A stretch of 64,000 nucleotides of DNA from Ptychomitrium polyphyllum (lineage: Eukaryota). The position numbers and the translations under genes were made by a program. The stretch is taken from positions 10,850,001-10,914,000 of the forward strand of contig OZ316775.1 of assembly GCA_973851085.1 (NCBI GenBank). Direction: 5' to 3'. Below, one piece after another: positions 41,099-54,356 of this stretch (position 1 is its first letter; the number at the start of each line of letters is the position of its first letter). A model generated the notes under the pieces. The model was given only the letters and a program-made list of their open reading frames with translations, searched no databases and was not told the origin of the DNA.

Positions 41099-44000
41099 TT
41101 ATTTGTCCTCAGCTGGAGTGGCCGTCCCATTTCTGGAGGGGCTTGTTTTAATAATCTCATGGTCTTCATGATGCTCACCCACGCCATTGGTAGTTGCTGT
41201 TAAATTAAGATATGACGTGGTGGATGTAACTTCGTTACCTCTAAGTTCCTTAACATTGTCCAAGTTCCACCAAGAACAAGGATACTGATGTCGGAGAAAA
41301 TGCTGCAGAACCTCAAAACCAGCAACATCGTCCCAAATACTATCCACTGGGATGTCCCAAAAGCCCACACTATCAACAGGTACTAAACTATCCAATAATC
41401 GGATAATCTCCTTACCTTTGCGCTTTTCATGACACATCAAGCAAAGGCATTCTCGTGCTGTTTTCGATACCTCTTTGTTACCGTCCACATCAAGAGCTGT
41501 ATCCGCAAGTTTCTGAAGAACAGCTACATTTGATGTAATTTCAACAGTATGGGGGCTCAGCCTCAATAATCTTCGCAGAAGCATGAGGCTACACAGTCTG
41601 GGGTCCGTGCCAGCAAAGCCAGCAGCCTTTCTAGGCACATCCAAATCGAGAAAGGAAATCAGAGCGTGCACTAAGTCCTCAGAACCAATGCAGTCGATAA
41701 TATCTTTATGGTTGGCGATGGAGTGAGTCAAAATGATTGCTGGTTGAGCAAGCATACGAGCTTCAGCACCAGTAGAGATTATGAGACGGTTCACAGCCAG
41801 GAAGATGTCAATGTAGGATTTGCCAGATAACAAGTAAGGTCGCCCTTTAAAGAGCAATAGTAGGGCAAGTAGAACCCTTCTCAGGGAATCGGGATCCTCT
41901 GCAAATAAATCCAACACAATAGCCTTCTTTACTTCACGAAGGAAACGTTGTTCAAGGATAGATCCAAAAAAGTACTCAGGAATTCTTAGAAACTGATCCA
42001 GAAAGAACCCCCCCAAGTACATTTCAGGAACGTATAAATCTTCGCTTGTATTCCTGTAAAGCGGCATAGTGTCGTTATCTGATACCGGTAGAGTAGCAAG
42101 GATCCAGCGAATAAAAACTGGCTCCTCAAGTTCCAACGCCCAGGACCCAAGTCCTGGAACCACCTGGTTCTTAACAAAAGCTTGCAACTTGATAGCTTCC
42201 TTCGTGAGTGTCTGATAGACACGACGCCGAGTTTCATTATCCCACACTAGCCTTGGATTGTAGACTGTCTCCTTATACAAATTACATGCTCGTGCTGGAT
42301 TGTGCGCCAGGGTGGACAGGAGCTCCAGAGGCATTAAGAACATCAAAGTTTGAAACACAAGCGGTTTCGCCCCATGGTTTCCCGGCTCAAGCAGCATCAT
42401 CAAGTCATCCACATCTGTTGTCATCACCCTGATCTTCTTTGACTCGCTGAATGGATCCTTAGGCTCTGCTGAGTCTCCAAGAAAACTTGCACGTTGGCTG
42501 ACTCCGCATGAACACAAGAGTAGTTGTCCAAGTATACATGCTGCCATTAGTCTCTGACGTGGGGTTATCTTCTCGGTCTCCACAATCCCTGTTCGCAAGC
42601 TAGGTAAATCAACGTCGCAAAACAGTAATAACAAGGGGAAAAATATGCCACTGCTGGAGAAATAGTTAGTCTCCTCTACAGTGGCTGAAATGTTCTCACT
42701 CAAGAAGAGTAACATATCAAGAGTGGCGAGTAGCATAATTTTCATATCGTCGCCCTGGTCATCTGTCACGCCATCCCAAAGGTAAATTCCTGCTAATCCA
42801 AGTAGATTTGACTTAAGAATGAAGTCATGATTGGTCGAATAGTAAGCTAGCTCCTTGAAAATGTACATAAGTTCGGTCCAAACTTTGGGTGCACACCGAT
42901 CCATCGATGCAGTTTCGAGGAAGGTCTGCAATTTGAAACATTTAACAAGATCGTTCCTGCCATGTGATATTGCAAATTTCAGACACTCCCTAGAAGCAAC
43001 CAAAACGAGGAGGTACTTCTCAAGCTCAACTGCTTGACTACGCTGCTCTTGCATGCCTTCAGAAAAGATTACGTGCTTGTCTTCATATTCCTCAGCATCG
43101 TTCCCAACGTCCGTCATGCTTGCGACATTTCGTTCCCTCTCAAGGTGCTCCATCATGAGATCTAGAAAATCATTATTGTCTGGAAGGTCTCCTCCCTCCC
43201 AATTCCCAAATGCGAGATGACTCACAAAAACACCACCAATAACAAAGTCTTTTTGAAGACAAGCATACTCGAAGTTCCACAACCATTTCATTTCATCCTC
43301 ATCGGCCCCTTCCTTACGCCTCTTAATCTGCTCCTGGGCTCTTCTACGGAGCTCTGCCCGCACACCAGCAGTCCAAATTGTCGTCGGGTTCTGAATGTCT
43401 GAGCCTGCCATATTTATGAACTTACCAAGATCCTCATCATTTTTCAAGCAAGAAAGAAGCGGTCTGGGAATTAGCTTGGAGAGTGAGCTAAGCTGGGTTT
43501 TCTCTCCACGTACAAAAGAGCCAAGCACATCTGCAGCAGAAATTGGCATTGTGGATATAGCGGATTCAGACTTATAATCAACGGATGGGACTATTAGCAG
43601 CAATAGGGAAAGATAAAAGCCCTCGTCAATGATTCGCTGGCTGTAGTCTGAATCTCCTGCGAAGTGCTTCAGAGAGTTCAGTGCATGATATGAGACAGGG
43701 CTTGGACCTCTTGGTGGGATTGCAGTGTTGTCGCTGACAGCAGAGCTTAGAGCCCACTGCACGCCTTCCTGCCACCGCAAGTCATTCCACAGATGCTTCC
43801 TGCCATAGTCCTTCGAGGATATAACCTCCAACAGAGATACAGAACCTACGAGTGCTAAGTCAAAGCTATTGTTGGTGCTCCACCGAGTTCCAAGTGAAAG
43901 GATGTCCAATGCGAAATTTAATGATTCCTGGGGAAAATCATCACCCTCCATTTTCACAGCTACAACTTTTCGGAGCACTTTCACTGTGCATTGCAAGATC

Positions 44001-47000
44001 TCTATACAGACTTGATCAGAGCTCTCATTCTCAGCTAAGCAAGTACGTAAAGCTGGCAACGCCATCGTGATCAAAAGATCCTCTGTATCGCTCGGTAAAT
44101 TGAGCGGAAAACGGTCAACGATGTATGCCTGCACGTGGAAAAACTTCAGACTCTCATCCTGAATTTACTCCAAGTCCAAGGCCTTAAGACCTAGTATACA
44201 ATCGGGCACTTGAACATAATTGAAAATTTATGGAAGGTTACATTATTATTGACATAACGAGCAATATCGCAGTGCAGAAACTAGACAGGAAACACATTGG
44301 AGACTTGACACACTCTTGGCCAAAACTTTCAACATCAAAGCAAAGAGTGAGTCAAGGGACTGAGGTCAAAACCAGGGCTTTTGAGTAAAGTTGGACTCGC
44401 TTTATTTCCTTGTACCATAATGTATCCCCAGGATTCGCCAACGTCCGAAGGTCCTACGTCACGAAAAGAATTACCATAAGGTCTGCTGGAGATTTCACCA
44501 TAACTTGGAAAATATAGAAACTCGTATGCACGCAGAAGAAACAAGTTAAAATCATCGTATCCCACAACAACTCAAAGGATAACGATCAGTCTAAGTTTTC
44601 AGAAGTCTATGACTGTTTACGTAAACTCACTTCCTGAAGGGTATGCATTCAATAGAACTAATGAAAGGGATATTCCTATCGCAATGCAATATAAGATTGA
44701 TACTGCAACTTTAAAAAGCTCTACTTACCAGCATGAGGCTGCTCAAGAACCCATCAGGGTCATTGATGGGGTAGCCGTGATAGCGTTCCTCATCAAGAAG
44801 ATTCTGAAGATAGAAAGGAGCGGAGAAGACCATGTCTGCAAGATTAAAAAAAATTATAGGCAAGTGACTGTTGCTGAGTGTTTGTAGGATGATATGGAAC
44901 CCGTTTTTGGAAGCTTGAAATTCTTGATGCACTAAAATCTTCTGTTTTGAGCTATTGCAAATAATTTACTCATCTCAAATGCATATTCATTCTTTCAAGG
45001 TGTCAGCAAACTTACCAGCCAACTCAGGGTAATATAAAGGAGCCCGACTTGTGTGCACATACAGTGCCATGGGATCGCTGGCACGAGCTCTCACATACGG
45101 CTCCAATTCAGAGGTAAGATGATCTACCAAACGTTGCCGCATGTCCATGTTCCAAATAATATCAGGCGCATCTTCTTCAGTATCTAATACCGTTGCAAAG
45201 ACTTTGTATGAGTCCATATCCTGCAAACGATACGAGTAAGACTTCAGTACTACATTGGATGTCAGACATCCTACGTAGGTTCGCTTTCTATCAGAAGACA
45301 GGTATTTCAGGATAAACATTTAGGTGAATCCAATTGAATTAGAAGGCATTAATAAGTAGCAAGGAAGTTACACTCATACCTCAGACATAAGCCTCAAAAT
45401 AAGTCCATCAGGTAAGTACATTCGGAGTGCACTATTCTTACAAGGTGATTGATCATTCTCGGAATTTTTAAGAATCGTCTCTTGATCCTGTCATCAATTA
45501 GTATACACCCATCTTCAATTACAAAATATCAGGTTCATCAAGTATCACAAGATAACTTAAGAGCAGTTCCCGAGAAATACGTAGAACATCACTTTAAGAT
45601 AAAATCACTCAAATGAGTAACATCTACTCAACCAGGTAATTAACTTAAAGATACCCAATAACTGACTATATTTAAGAACTGGATAAATGGTAGGTAGCAT
45701 TGAAATCACAAGATTACAACCAGAATTGCAGGAGGGTACCTGCTCTAAATGGCATAGCAATAAAAATTTGCAGATCATGTCTTTATCGGAGTCAACGAGG
45801 TCCCCGGCAAGAAACTTCCAAAGAAGAATTTCAAAAGCACCCAGCGAGTACAGCTTTGTCATGGAACTTCTGTTTTCTTTAACAATATTCGTGACAATCT
45901 CTAAAACCCTGCTCATGAAGATTTGTCAGTAAACTGGCGAAAAACTTAGAAAAAAGACAAAGAAAAATCATAGAAATGAAAGAACTGCGACGAAGACTAA
46001 GGATTTAAGAGTATTATATTTCATAGGGATTTTGAAAAATCATACAAGGACTTAAACATATACTTCAGAAATTGGAAAAAGGTGCTGCAAGTGATGTACA
46101 TCAAGGCACCTTCAAGGTACGCCATTCTTTAGTTAGAGAAACTGCACATACCTGCCAAACTCGGGTGACCTGAGCCGGAGTAGAACTTGCACTAGTTGAC
46201 AAAGAGTCTCGTCCTTAGAAAGGCTTAACACTGCAGCCGATGGAGGAAAATACAGTTTATTGCTAACAACATCACCAGATACTCTGTTACCACGCCACAA
46301 AACACCTCGCGTCAGGCTCATGGCTTCAATATAGTTCTGTTTATAAGTATCATGGATATTAGTAAATCAGAAAATCAAAATCTACATTAGAGCGCTGTAT
46401 AAAGGCAGCATTTCCACTACATAGAGATGTGAACTATCAGGTTACCAACGTATTTTCTTTCTTTGTATGCAACCAACCGCCCCAGCTTCATGGTACACTG
46501 TATTAAGAAGCAAAGGAGTAAGGTTATAAAGGAGAAAGTTCAGAAGCACCTCAAAAGATTTTCCAAATGATCCAAGACTAATCCCAGCTGAATTTTGGGA
46601 GGGACCTTTCTATCTTGCCATTTGATTCCATCTTTGGCTTCCACGCTGCCGTCTTTTACGGACTTTCCTGACATACCTCCTCTCGTTCCGGACGGAACCC
46701 TCACCAACCTTGCAGTTCCGTCCGAGCCTACATAGTTAAGAATTTCAAATTGACCCTGCGCTAAAGCATCCTTGCTGGTCCAGCCATCGATATCAAATTC
46801 CAGCTTGTTACTACAACTCTGCAAATCAAAATCCAGGAAGGATATCACTGTTTAAGCTCGTAAGAAAGTTTTCTAAACTACATTGACCAACCTCATATCT
46901 CTGTAAAAGTACAGGAGAGTTTCTGGAATTCTCTTAGCCAAAAAGGAAAGAGATGTATACACCACTGCACTCGAAAGTATTAAACCAGGATGCTACCATC

Positions 47001-50000
47001 ATGTGTACACTTAAAATATATATGTTTTAATTCAGTTTTATATTTTAGACTACCATGCTCCATGTTTTTCACGTCCACAGAGATGACCTAAAGGAGTTAC
47101 CTTCTCAGCAGATAACACCATTAAGGATGTCAAGACAGCAGCTCCACCAGCCTGAACGAAACGTACTACATTTTCTCGATTACCCCTCTCCAATGTTGCC
47201 AGCAGGAAAATGACCAGTTTGAATACAAAAACCTCGTGTTCACTGTCAATGACTTCCCGTAACATCCCAACCACTGTCTGTGCCACATTCATATACAAGT
47301 ACACCTTCATTATCTGGAAGAAAGGAATCAAGTGGCAATGGAGCAGGAACAACAGTAGCTCAAAACGAAGACTAAACCAGGAGACACAAACTGTAAATAC
47401 AATGAGGAGAATTATGAAACCTGCGAAGAAATATGTGCTTCCTAGAACTAGCAAGTAGATGCACAATGGGAATGCCCTCTTTCAGAAGATGGATTACCTC
47501 AATGACTTTCAACGTCTCGATGCAAGAAGTGACATCCTCTGTATGACGATCGTAGATCCAGGTCAACACGTGCACGGCTAGGCGGAGATCAATTTCAGGC
47601 AGATTATTGTTGCCGAATAATGGAGTGAAGCCCAGAAGCATGGCTTGGAATATTGACTGAAATAAAGGTACTGGTTCTCCAAGCTATTACATAAACCACA
47701 CAGGTGACAATTAGCTTACTTGGAGGAGTGTGTCTTGACTGCATCTAAACAACAAAAAAATCCCATTGAAAGTTCTCTCTTTAAGAACTTCACTAAATAT
47801 TTCTAATGCAGACTAGCTCAACTTCGTGGCCTTTGAGGTTTCACATCTATGCAACCTATAATCATTGATGAAGCGCTCTATGACAACCAGTAGAGCAAAC
47901 ACAATGACTTAATAATTCAATTATCTCTTTCAAAAAACCAAAACTGGCTATTCTGTGTATGTATACCACGAATCCTAAAGGTAATGAACATGTCCTTATG
48001 TTGTTGAATATAAATTACCTTCCAGAAAGAGCTGTAAAGACTATACCCCGGAGGCTGATGGTCAACAAGGAGCTCAAGGTGAACGCCGTTAACAACTGAA
48101 CCTGCAGATCATGAAAACCATTCTTACATGTCAAGAAGCAATCCAGATTTTGGCCATAGGCATGTCAGAATCTTTACTATCCATGACCAAATCATGGCAT
48201 GTAGGTCATGCAGCAATAAGCAAGTTAAGGAACTCGTTTTGCATGACAAGAAATAGAATTTAGAATGAAAGTTCCAGTTGAAAGTTGGACAAAAAAACTG
48301 ACCTCCACCTTCGCTGGCAGTGGAATAAATAAGTTGAACATCCGCTGCATTATACCATAAATCGTTACTTGATTCCAAGGCCGAACAATATCCCTCCATT
48401 TCATCTCGAAGAAACTGTGCACACAATTCATAAAAACATGTCACTGCAGAGTTTGCTCGCCCTTAGAGAACGTCTTTATGTCAACCTCTTTAACAAACAA
48501 ATGAGATAAAATCGAATATTGGTGTGAATTATTTTCTCAGAGCTACTTCAAGCTAACTGCACCTAGTAGCTACGGAACTTTATGACTCAATCGAAAACAC
48601 AATCTCGTGCGTTTGCAAGAAAATCCAACCTGAAACACAAAATAGAATAATCCATATGCATTTCGTGGATCTTAGAGAGCGATTATACCTTCCTCAGCTC
48701 CGCACGCTTGATGTCATTCCATACAAGGAGTGGGGTCTCAATGTTTCCACTATAAAGCAACTCTATGGTGTCTTTCCATGCAGAAAAGTCGTTTATGAGA
48801 TCCTTCTCCATCTTGTCATCTATGTCAGTTACTTTTTTAGCGTACAAATTCATCACCCCCTACAGACCAAGTCCGCAAACGATCATTAGAAACGTGGTAT
48901 ACGATAGACCTAGCAGTGAAAATTGACGAACTATTGAAGTAACAAGGACATTATACATAATAAGCTCACTGGCGTAAATGTACAAGTCCACTTAGGAAAA
49001 GGAGTAAGGAGACTTTGGATTTGTGCACTTACATTGGGTAACACAGACATAAGCAGTCTCCTCGCTTCGGAATTTCCTTTCATCAAAAAAAAGATCTGAC
49101 TACAGCTTAACAACCGGAGATGTGGCTTCTTCGAAAATACTGCTGTGCTCAAGTGCAACAGAAGCACACATCGACCAAGGCAAACACTCTGTACATGACA
49201 TCCAAGTTAAATAGTCAGAAGGTTCCACCTTCGGACGCACTCTAGTCCAACAAAATGCAGCCTATACTAACTTCGAATAGCTGATAGCAAAGACAAGACA
49301 CAATTAATTTCTTGCGAACAAACGTTAGAAATGAGGTAGTGAAATTGGGCAAAGGAGGTGGATTAGGTACTTGGAGATGTTTGCAAACAACTGGCGACGT
49401 CATTGTGAGGAGCGCTTGAAGAAGAATTGAGAGTCTGTCCAAACGGTTCACAGATTGGTGAAAGACTGGACCATAGTTAAGATCAATTTGATTGCAATAG
49501 CTGTAGCAGGAAACATAACACTTTGGTAGAAATTTAGAGAGACAATGTGCTTGTCATAAAAAGGGACTGAATAAGCTACCTGGTGTAAATAACGTCACTG
49601 GTTAATCTGAAAAATGTACACAGAAGGTCTGCAGTTTGCGTTGTAAATCCCTCATATGCCTGAACACATGTATAAACAAGCATCAGGTCTAACACCCGCG
49701 CAACTACAAGTCAGCAAACCTATTATTGCAAAAATCGCAACCACAGATAGCGATGAATATGAAATGGCAGGGATGTACTCTAAGCCACAGACGACCCGCA
49801 TCATTATCTGTTGGGGGGGAGCTGAGTGCATACGTTAATACATCCAAAATACCAGTCACCTGTCCAACAAATCGCCAGATATGAGGCACAATATTCAAAA
49901 AAAGCCGGCCATCCTTCATTATGCTGAACATTTAGAAGCTCCGCAAAGACATTTACAGAAAATCACAAAGAAAACTTCATTCTGCTCGCAAGCTCAACAT

Positions 50001-53000
50001 GAATACTCTGATCTTAAAATAAAAGTCAGAGAGTACCAAGGGGGCAGAAAGAGAAGAACCTGAAGAGAACTACTTTTAGCATGAGAAAGCGTCTGGAGCA
50101 ATGCTACCAACTGTTGTAAGTAGTCAGCACTTAGCATGGACGACCTGTTGCCAAATTCTTGCTGCATATACCAGATAACGCACGAGGTATTGTGTGATTA
50201 TAATTACATCAAACTTAATCAAATGCAGCAACTGACTACTTGCATGGCTAGTTACTGCAAAACTAGGAATCACTTTACATTTCACTCGAAGCCACTGTTC
50301 ACACGTTTGTCTCATAGTCAGGAATTACAGAATAGGGTTCTCTAGGACTTCACCTTCGATGCAATCCCAACATCAGCTGATCCGGGTTGGACAGGAAGCT
50401 TGATAGCTGAGCGTATGACCAATGTTCCATGATATGAGATGATGCTGTGTTTAGAACGCACGCACTGCAACGAAGAGATTCAACAACAGTATCAGTTCTC
50501 TTCAAATGCATAGCCAATCAATACCCAGAAACCACTATAAAAAGAATGTAGTGCCTTACTAGAAAGAGCCAAACTGATAAGGGTGTACGAAGGTCAGACG
50601 GGCTTAAATAAATTTGAAAGTCGCGCCATTTGATAGAACACCATGAGCCAATATGTTGGGTTATCATCCCTTCGCCATTTGGGCTGAGGTGGAAGAAGCT
50701 CCGTATGTTGTAGACCCCGAACTTTCTACATTACTAATCGATAAACAAATTCAAGACTACAGATGCTGTGGGCGACCTAAGCAGAGCCAGACGGCACATG
50801 ATCAGGGACTGTGTTGGGAAAGGAACGAAGCAAATACCTGAAAAAGAGTCGTAGCAATTTCTGGTGCAGTTCGAATGGCATCGAAGCAAGGTTTAGATCC
50901 TAGAAGCCTCACAAGGACCATGCAACACGTCGCGGCTCGTACAGTATCTGGTAATGGCTTCCCTAAATATCAAAAATTCAAGCGTTCACCACATAAGTCT
51001 AAAAACATCTTCACTGTATCTCAATTTGCCAATCGTAATTTAGTTTTAGGAGCAAAATATCTAGTAAAAATCCCACCACAGCCCAAGCAGCCAAAGGATG
51101 ATAAAACGTACACGACCACAAATGTGTTCGGCCGGAAATTCCCTTACAAAGAGACGTTGGCTTCTTTAGATACTTAGCTGGACATTTTTAATTATTTCAC
51201 TAGAAACTGACTTGGAACATTGTCTTGGGATACATGTAAAGTAGGAATGAAGATGACCACCTACTTTCAAGAGTCAAAGAACATAGAAAAACAAGCAGGT
51301 ACTTAAATGACCACAGATTAAATATTCCAAACATCAAATACTTATGTATAATATACAATAAATACTAGATAAAGATTCGTGATTACGAGGACCGCGGTTC
51401 TTCTTAAGAAGACAGCCATTTTAAAATGCTTTTGCTCCAGAACGTTCCAGATTGCGTTTCCATTTACCGAAACAAGCAACCATTACCTGAGAAAAAAGAA
51501 TGCTGGACACTTCTGTGTATTCCAGAGATTAAAATTAGATCCGACATCACGCATGCCTGGCGCCCTCACAATATAAAAGAAAGTGAGATTTCTTACCAAG
51601 GGCTTCCTTCAGTGTATCAGAAACAGCTTGAAGAATTTTCAGGTCAGTGCATTGTGATTCCCCTACCTGCACGACAATACAGGAGTTACAATCAGTCTAT
51701 CGAACCTAAAAGCTCGCTCAGCGAAGGATTATATAACACTTCAACACATGTACTCACGAGCACTACATAGACGTTGGCTTATGCAGAATCAGCGTATTCA
51801 GCACATCAAAACCGATGTGTTGGCAATTATGTGCTTGTCTTTGCCTTGGAAATGTCAATTACATGTGCCTTGATCTGAGCACTTCATTGGGCATATGTCA
51901 TCCTCTTCTCAAAAAATCAACAGAATACCATAGTCAGTTCACAAGTCGTACCAGAATATTTGCTGCATATTCCTTCAGAGGCACGTGCAATGCAAACGCC
52001 TCTCGGGTAGAATTGTAAGCTGAAATAAATCGATTCAAATAGAATGTCTCGCACTCGCCCTGAACAGAACACTAGCATTAGAAGAGCAAGTGCATATAAG
52101 TTTGAACAATACTCGAACTTTCCCTATACACATAACTGCAAAATTACTTCGTGGAGTATATGCATGTCATGGATTGACGCAGTAAGGGCTGGCAAAAATT
52201 TCACATCAAACTTCTCATAATAGGAGTGAGAAGAATCTCCCATTCAGCGCATAATCATTCGTTGGTTTGAGACCTGGTGAAGAGCATTTTGTTGCTCCGG
52301 AAATGTGCTAGAACGAAATGGCTCCAAGCGGATGCTGAACGTGGAGCCCTTTTCCATGCCCATCACGTCTGCCACGCTGGCAAGGAAGTCGTCTCGATCC
52401 TTAAGCAAGAAGTGACAATCTTTCCATGATGTGAACTCCAAGATAATCTCTTTATCATTTGTCTCAGAGGCTACAACACCGAGTAAGTCCTCAAGGCTGC
52501 ATAAAACAAATAGCAAGGATTAGCCAGCGTGAAACAGAAAGCACCATCTGATCAATACAACTACATGTTCTCATAATCTTACACCATGATTAGATTATGA
52601 ACTAGTAACATTCATGTCTAGTAAAATTCGAAGATGTTCGTCATGGTCAGCTAAACGAGGTTTAGAGAGTAACCTGTGAACGTTGATAATTTCATCTTGA
52701 AAACTTTCAATAAGGAGATGCTTGGTGATACGCAAGGTGCGTGGTATTTCCTTGTGAAGCGATCTTGATGGCTTCGCAGCTTGAAATTCATAAAGGATTG
52801 GATATTCTCGCTGCATCCATAGAGCAATATTGTTTAATTTTTTATTATTATTATAAGTGAAACAGCAAGGATCCTTGCATACGAGGATGCTCTAGGGGCA
52901 AAGGTGACATTAGAGTGACTCTAAAGAAACAACATTTCCCATTAGCTGGTATTCAACAACGAACGTAAGTTCTATATTGAGGAACTCTTTTCTGAAAACC

Positions 53001-54356
53001 ACGATAATACAGCACGAACATCACTGAAATGCCCGTTTCAGTAAACGGAAGACTTCGCCAAAGCCCATCAAAGATTGATGTTCCTGCATGCTACTAAAGA
53101 TACTTACAACTTTCTTGTAGCGTTGGGTATAATAGTCGGTCATAACAGATGTTGGAATTTTCTCAATCTCAATGTCGCACTTCAAATTCGTCTGCGTTCG
53201 AAGTTAAAAACCCTTAGGAGCGTCATTCCAAATGTATGACTTGAGTAAACGAAAAGACAGCCATGCTCTCAACGTTTGTTTCAGGAAACAACAATTTAAT
53301 TGAGGTACAGACGCCACTGGGACACGAAATGGGTACGCTGGGCCGTGGCTTGATCCCAGGTATAAAACTGTGTACCTTCATGTTCCTCTGGATGGCAGAA
53401 AGGAAACCCGCAGAATCACTGACAACTAGCCTAACAGTTCGAGATTTGAGAGAGACCAGTACTATCTCCTCCTCATCACTGAGAACCTCAAGCTTGACTA
53501 TGTCTTGGAAATTTATCTTCTTTGATGCTGTAACCTGCGTCATAAAGCTAGAAATTGTCAGTCCACAATGCAGTAAACCAGGACAGAAAAAACTAGGACA
53601 GCATGACATAATTGTAACACAGCTGAATAGCATGTGTCTCTGTTTCATCAGCTACTTATACAAAGACCTCATCACACTGTTGCTGGTGATCATGCTGGGT
53701 CGGCGATTACAAAATCTACAACGAATCCTTCTCACACGGCCACATTGTCATGCAAAAGAAAAAAGGCTTGTAGAAAGCTCAATCCACAAATACGTTTTGC
53801 GATTAGAAGGCATAAAAAGAACCTCAGTCACCTTAGAACCTATATTGACCATTTTCATAATTGAGGCACTTCGCACTCGGAGAATCGTATCCGCCAGCCC
53901 TCCCTTCAGGCTGCTGTCTTTCTTCGCAGCATAGTCAATCCCTAGCGCACGGGGAAAAAATGACATAATCAATTTGCTTGCAAACTAGAGAATGAGCTCC
54001 GGTAAGAGAAGGCCAAATGGGGCGGGCAGTACACACATACCAATGCTGTTCAAGTCATCCACCCGGTTCAAGAGCGCAGTGAGCAGAGAAGTCCTGGCCT
54101 CACAGAAGAATCGAACCGTCTCAGTTCCAAACCCTGGCTTGCTCGTGTCCACAATATCTAACCTCAACTCATTCTGGTCATCATCAGCTGCCAAGACCTT
54201 CGAAATGTGCTCAAATTTGTACTCTGTGGGCGCTACATTGGGGGTTGCCAGAGGCGAAGTAGAGATCCCATGGTCGAGTATTCTGAGAATCCGGAGGCCT
54301 CCCCGAGGCGTCCGACCACTGGCAGAGGGCCTCACCAGAAATATCTGGAAATCCAT
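41099..54356 (-). CDS. Divergent RME-8/DNAJC13/GRV2-like endosomal ARM/IWN-repeat protein, apparently lacking the J domain (over 2000 aa, over 20 exons)
   Basis: ATG at 54356. Phase-consistent exons include 54356-54041, 53941-53832, 53534-53376, 53191-53108, 52810-52674, 52496-52274, 52059-51952, 51666-51597, ..., 45220-45016, 44835-44729, 44453-44373 and 44128-41099; several central exons are tentative. Motifs collinear with RME-8: ETVRFFCEARTSLLTALL (PH-like), ILDVLTYALSSP, four IWN-type repeats (LVWNDIKRAELR ~48720, IIWNMDMRQRL ~45155, TIWTAGVRAELR ~43375, LVWDNETRRRV ~42245), each followed by a Y..L...G.YL-like segment. Confidence 0.85.

Noticed and set aside
44515..44529. AYEFL in an intronic frame, resembling the end of the RME-8 J domain
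   Set aside because: A five-residue match with no HPD or preceding helices, in a different frame from the bridging exon. Most likely coincidence, although a vestige cannot be fully excluded.
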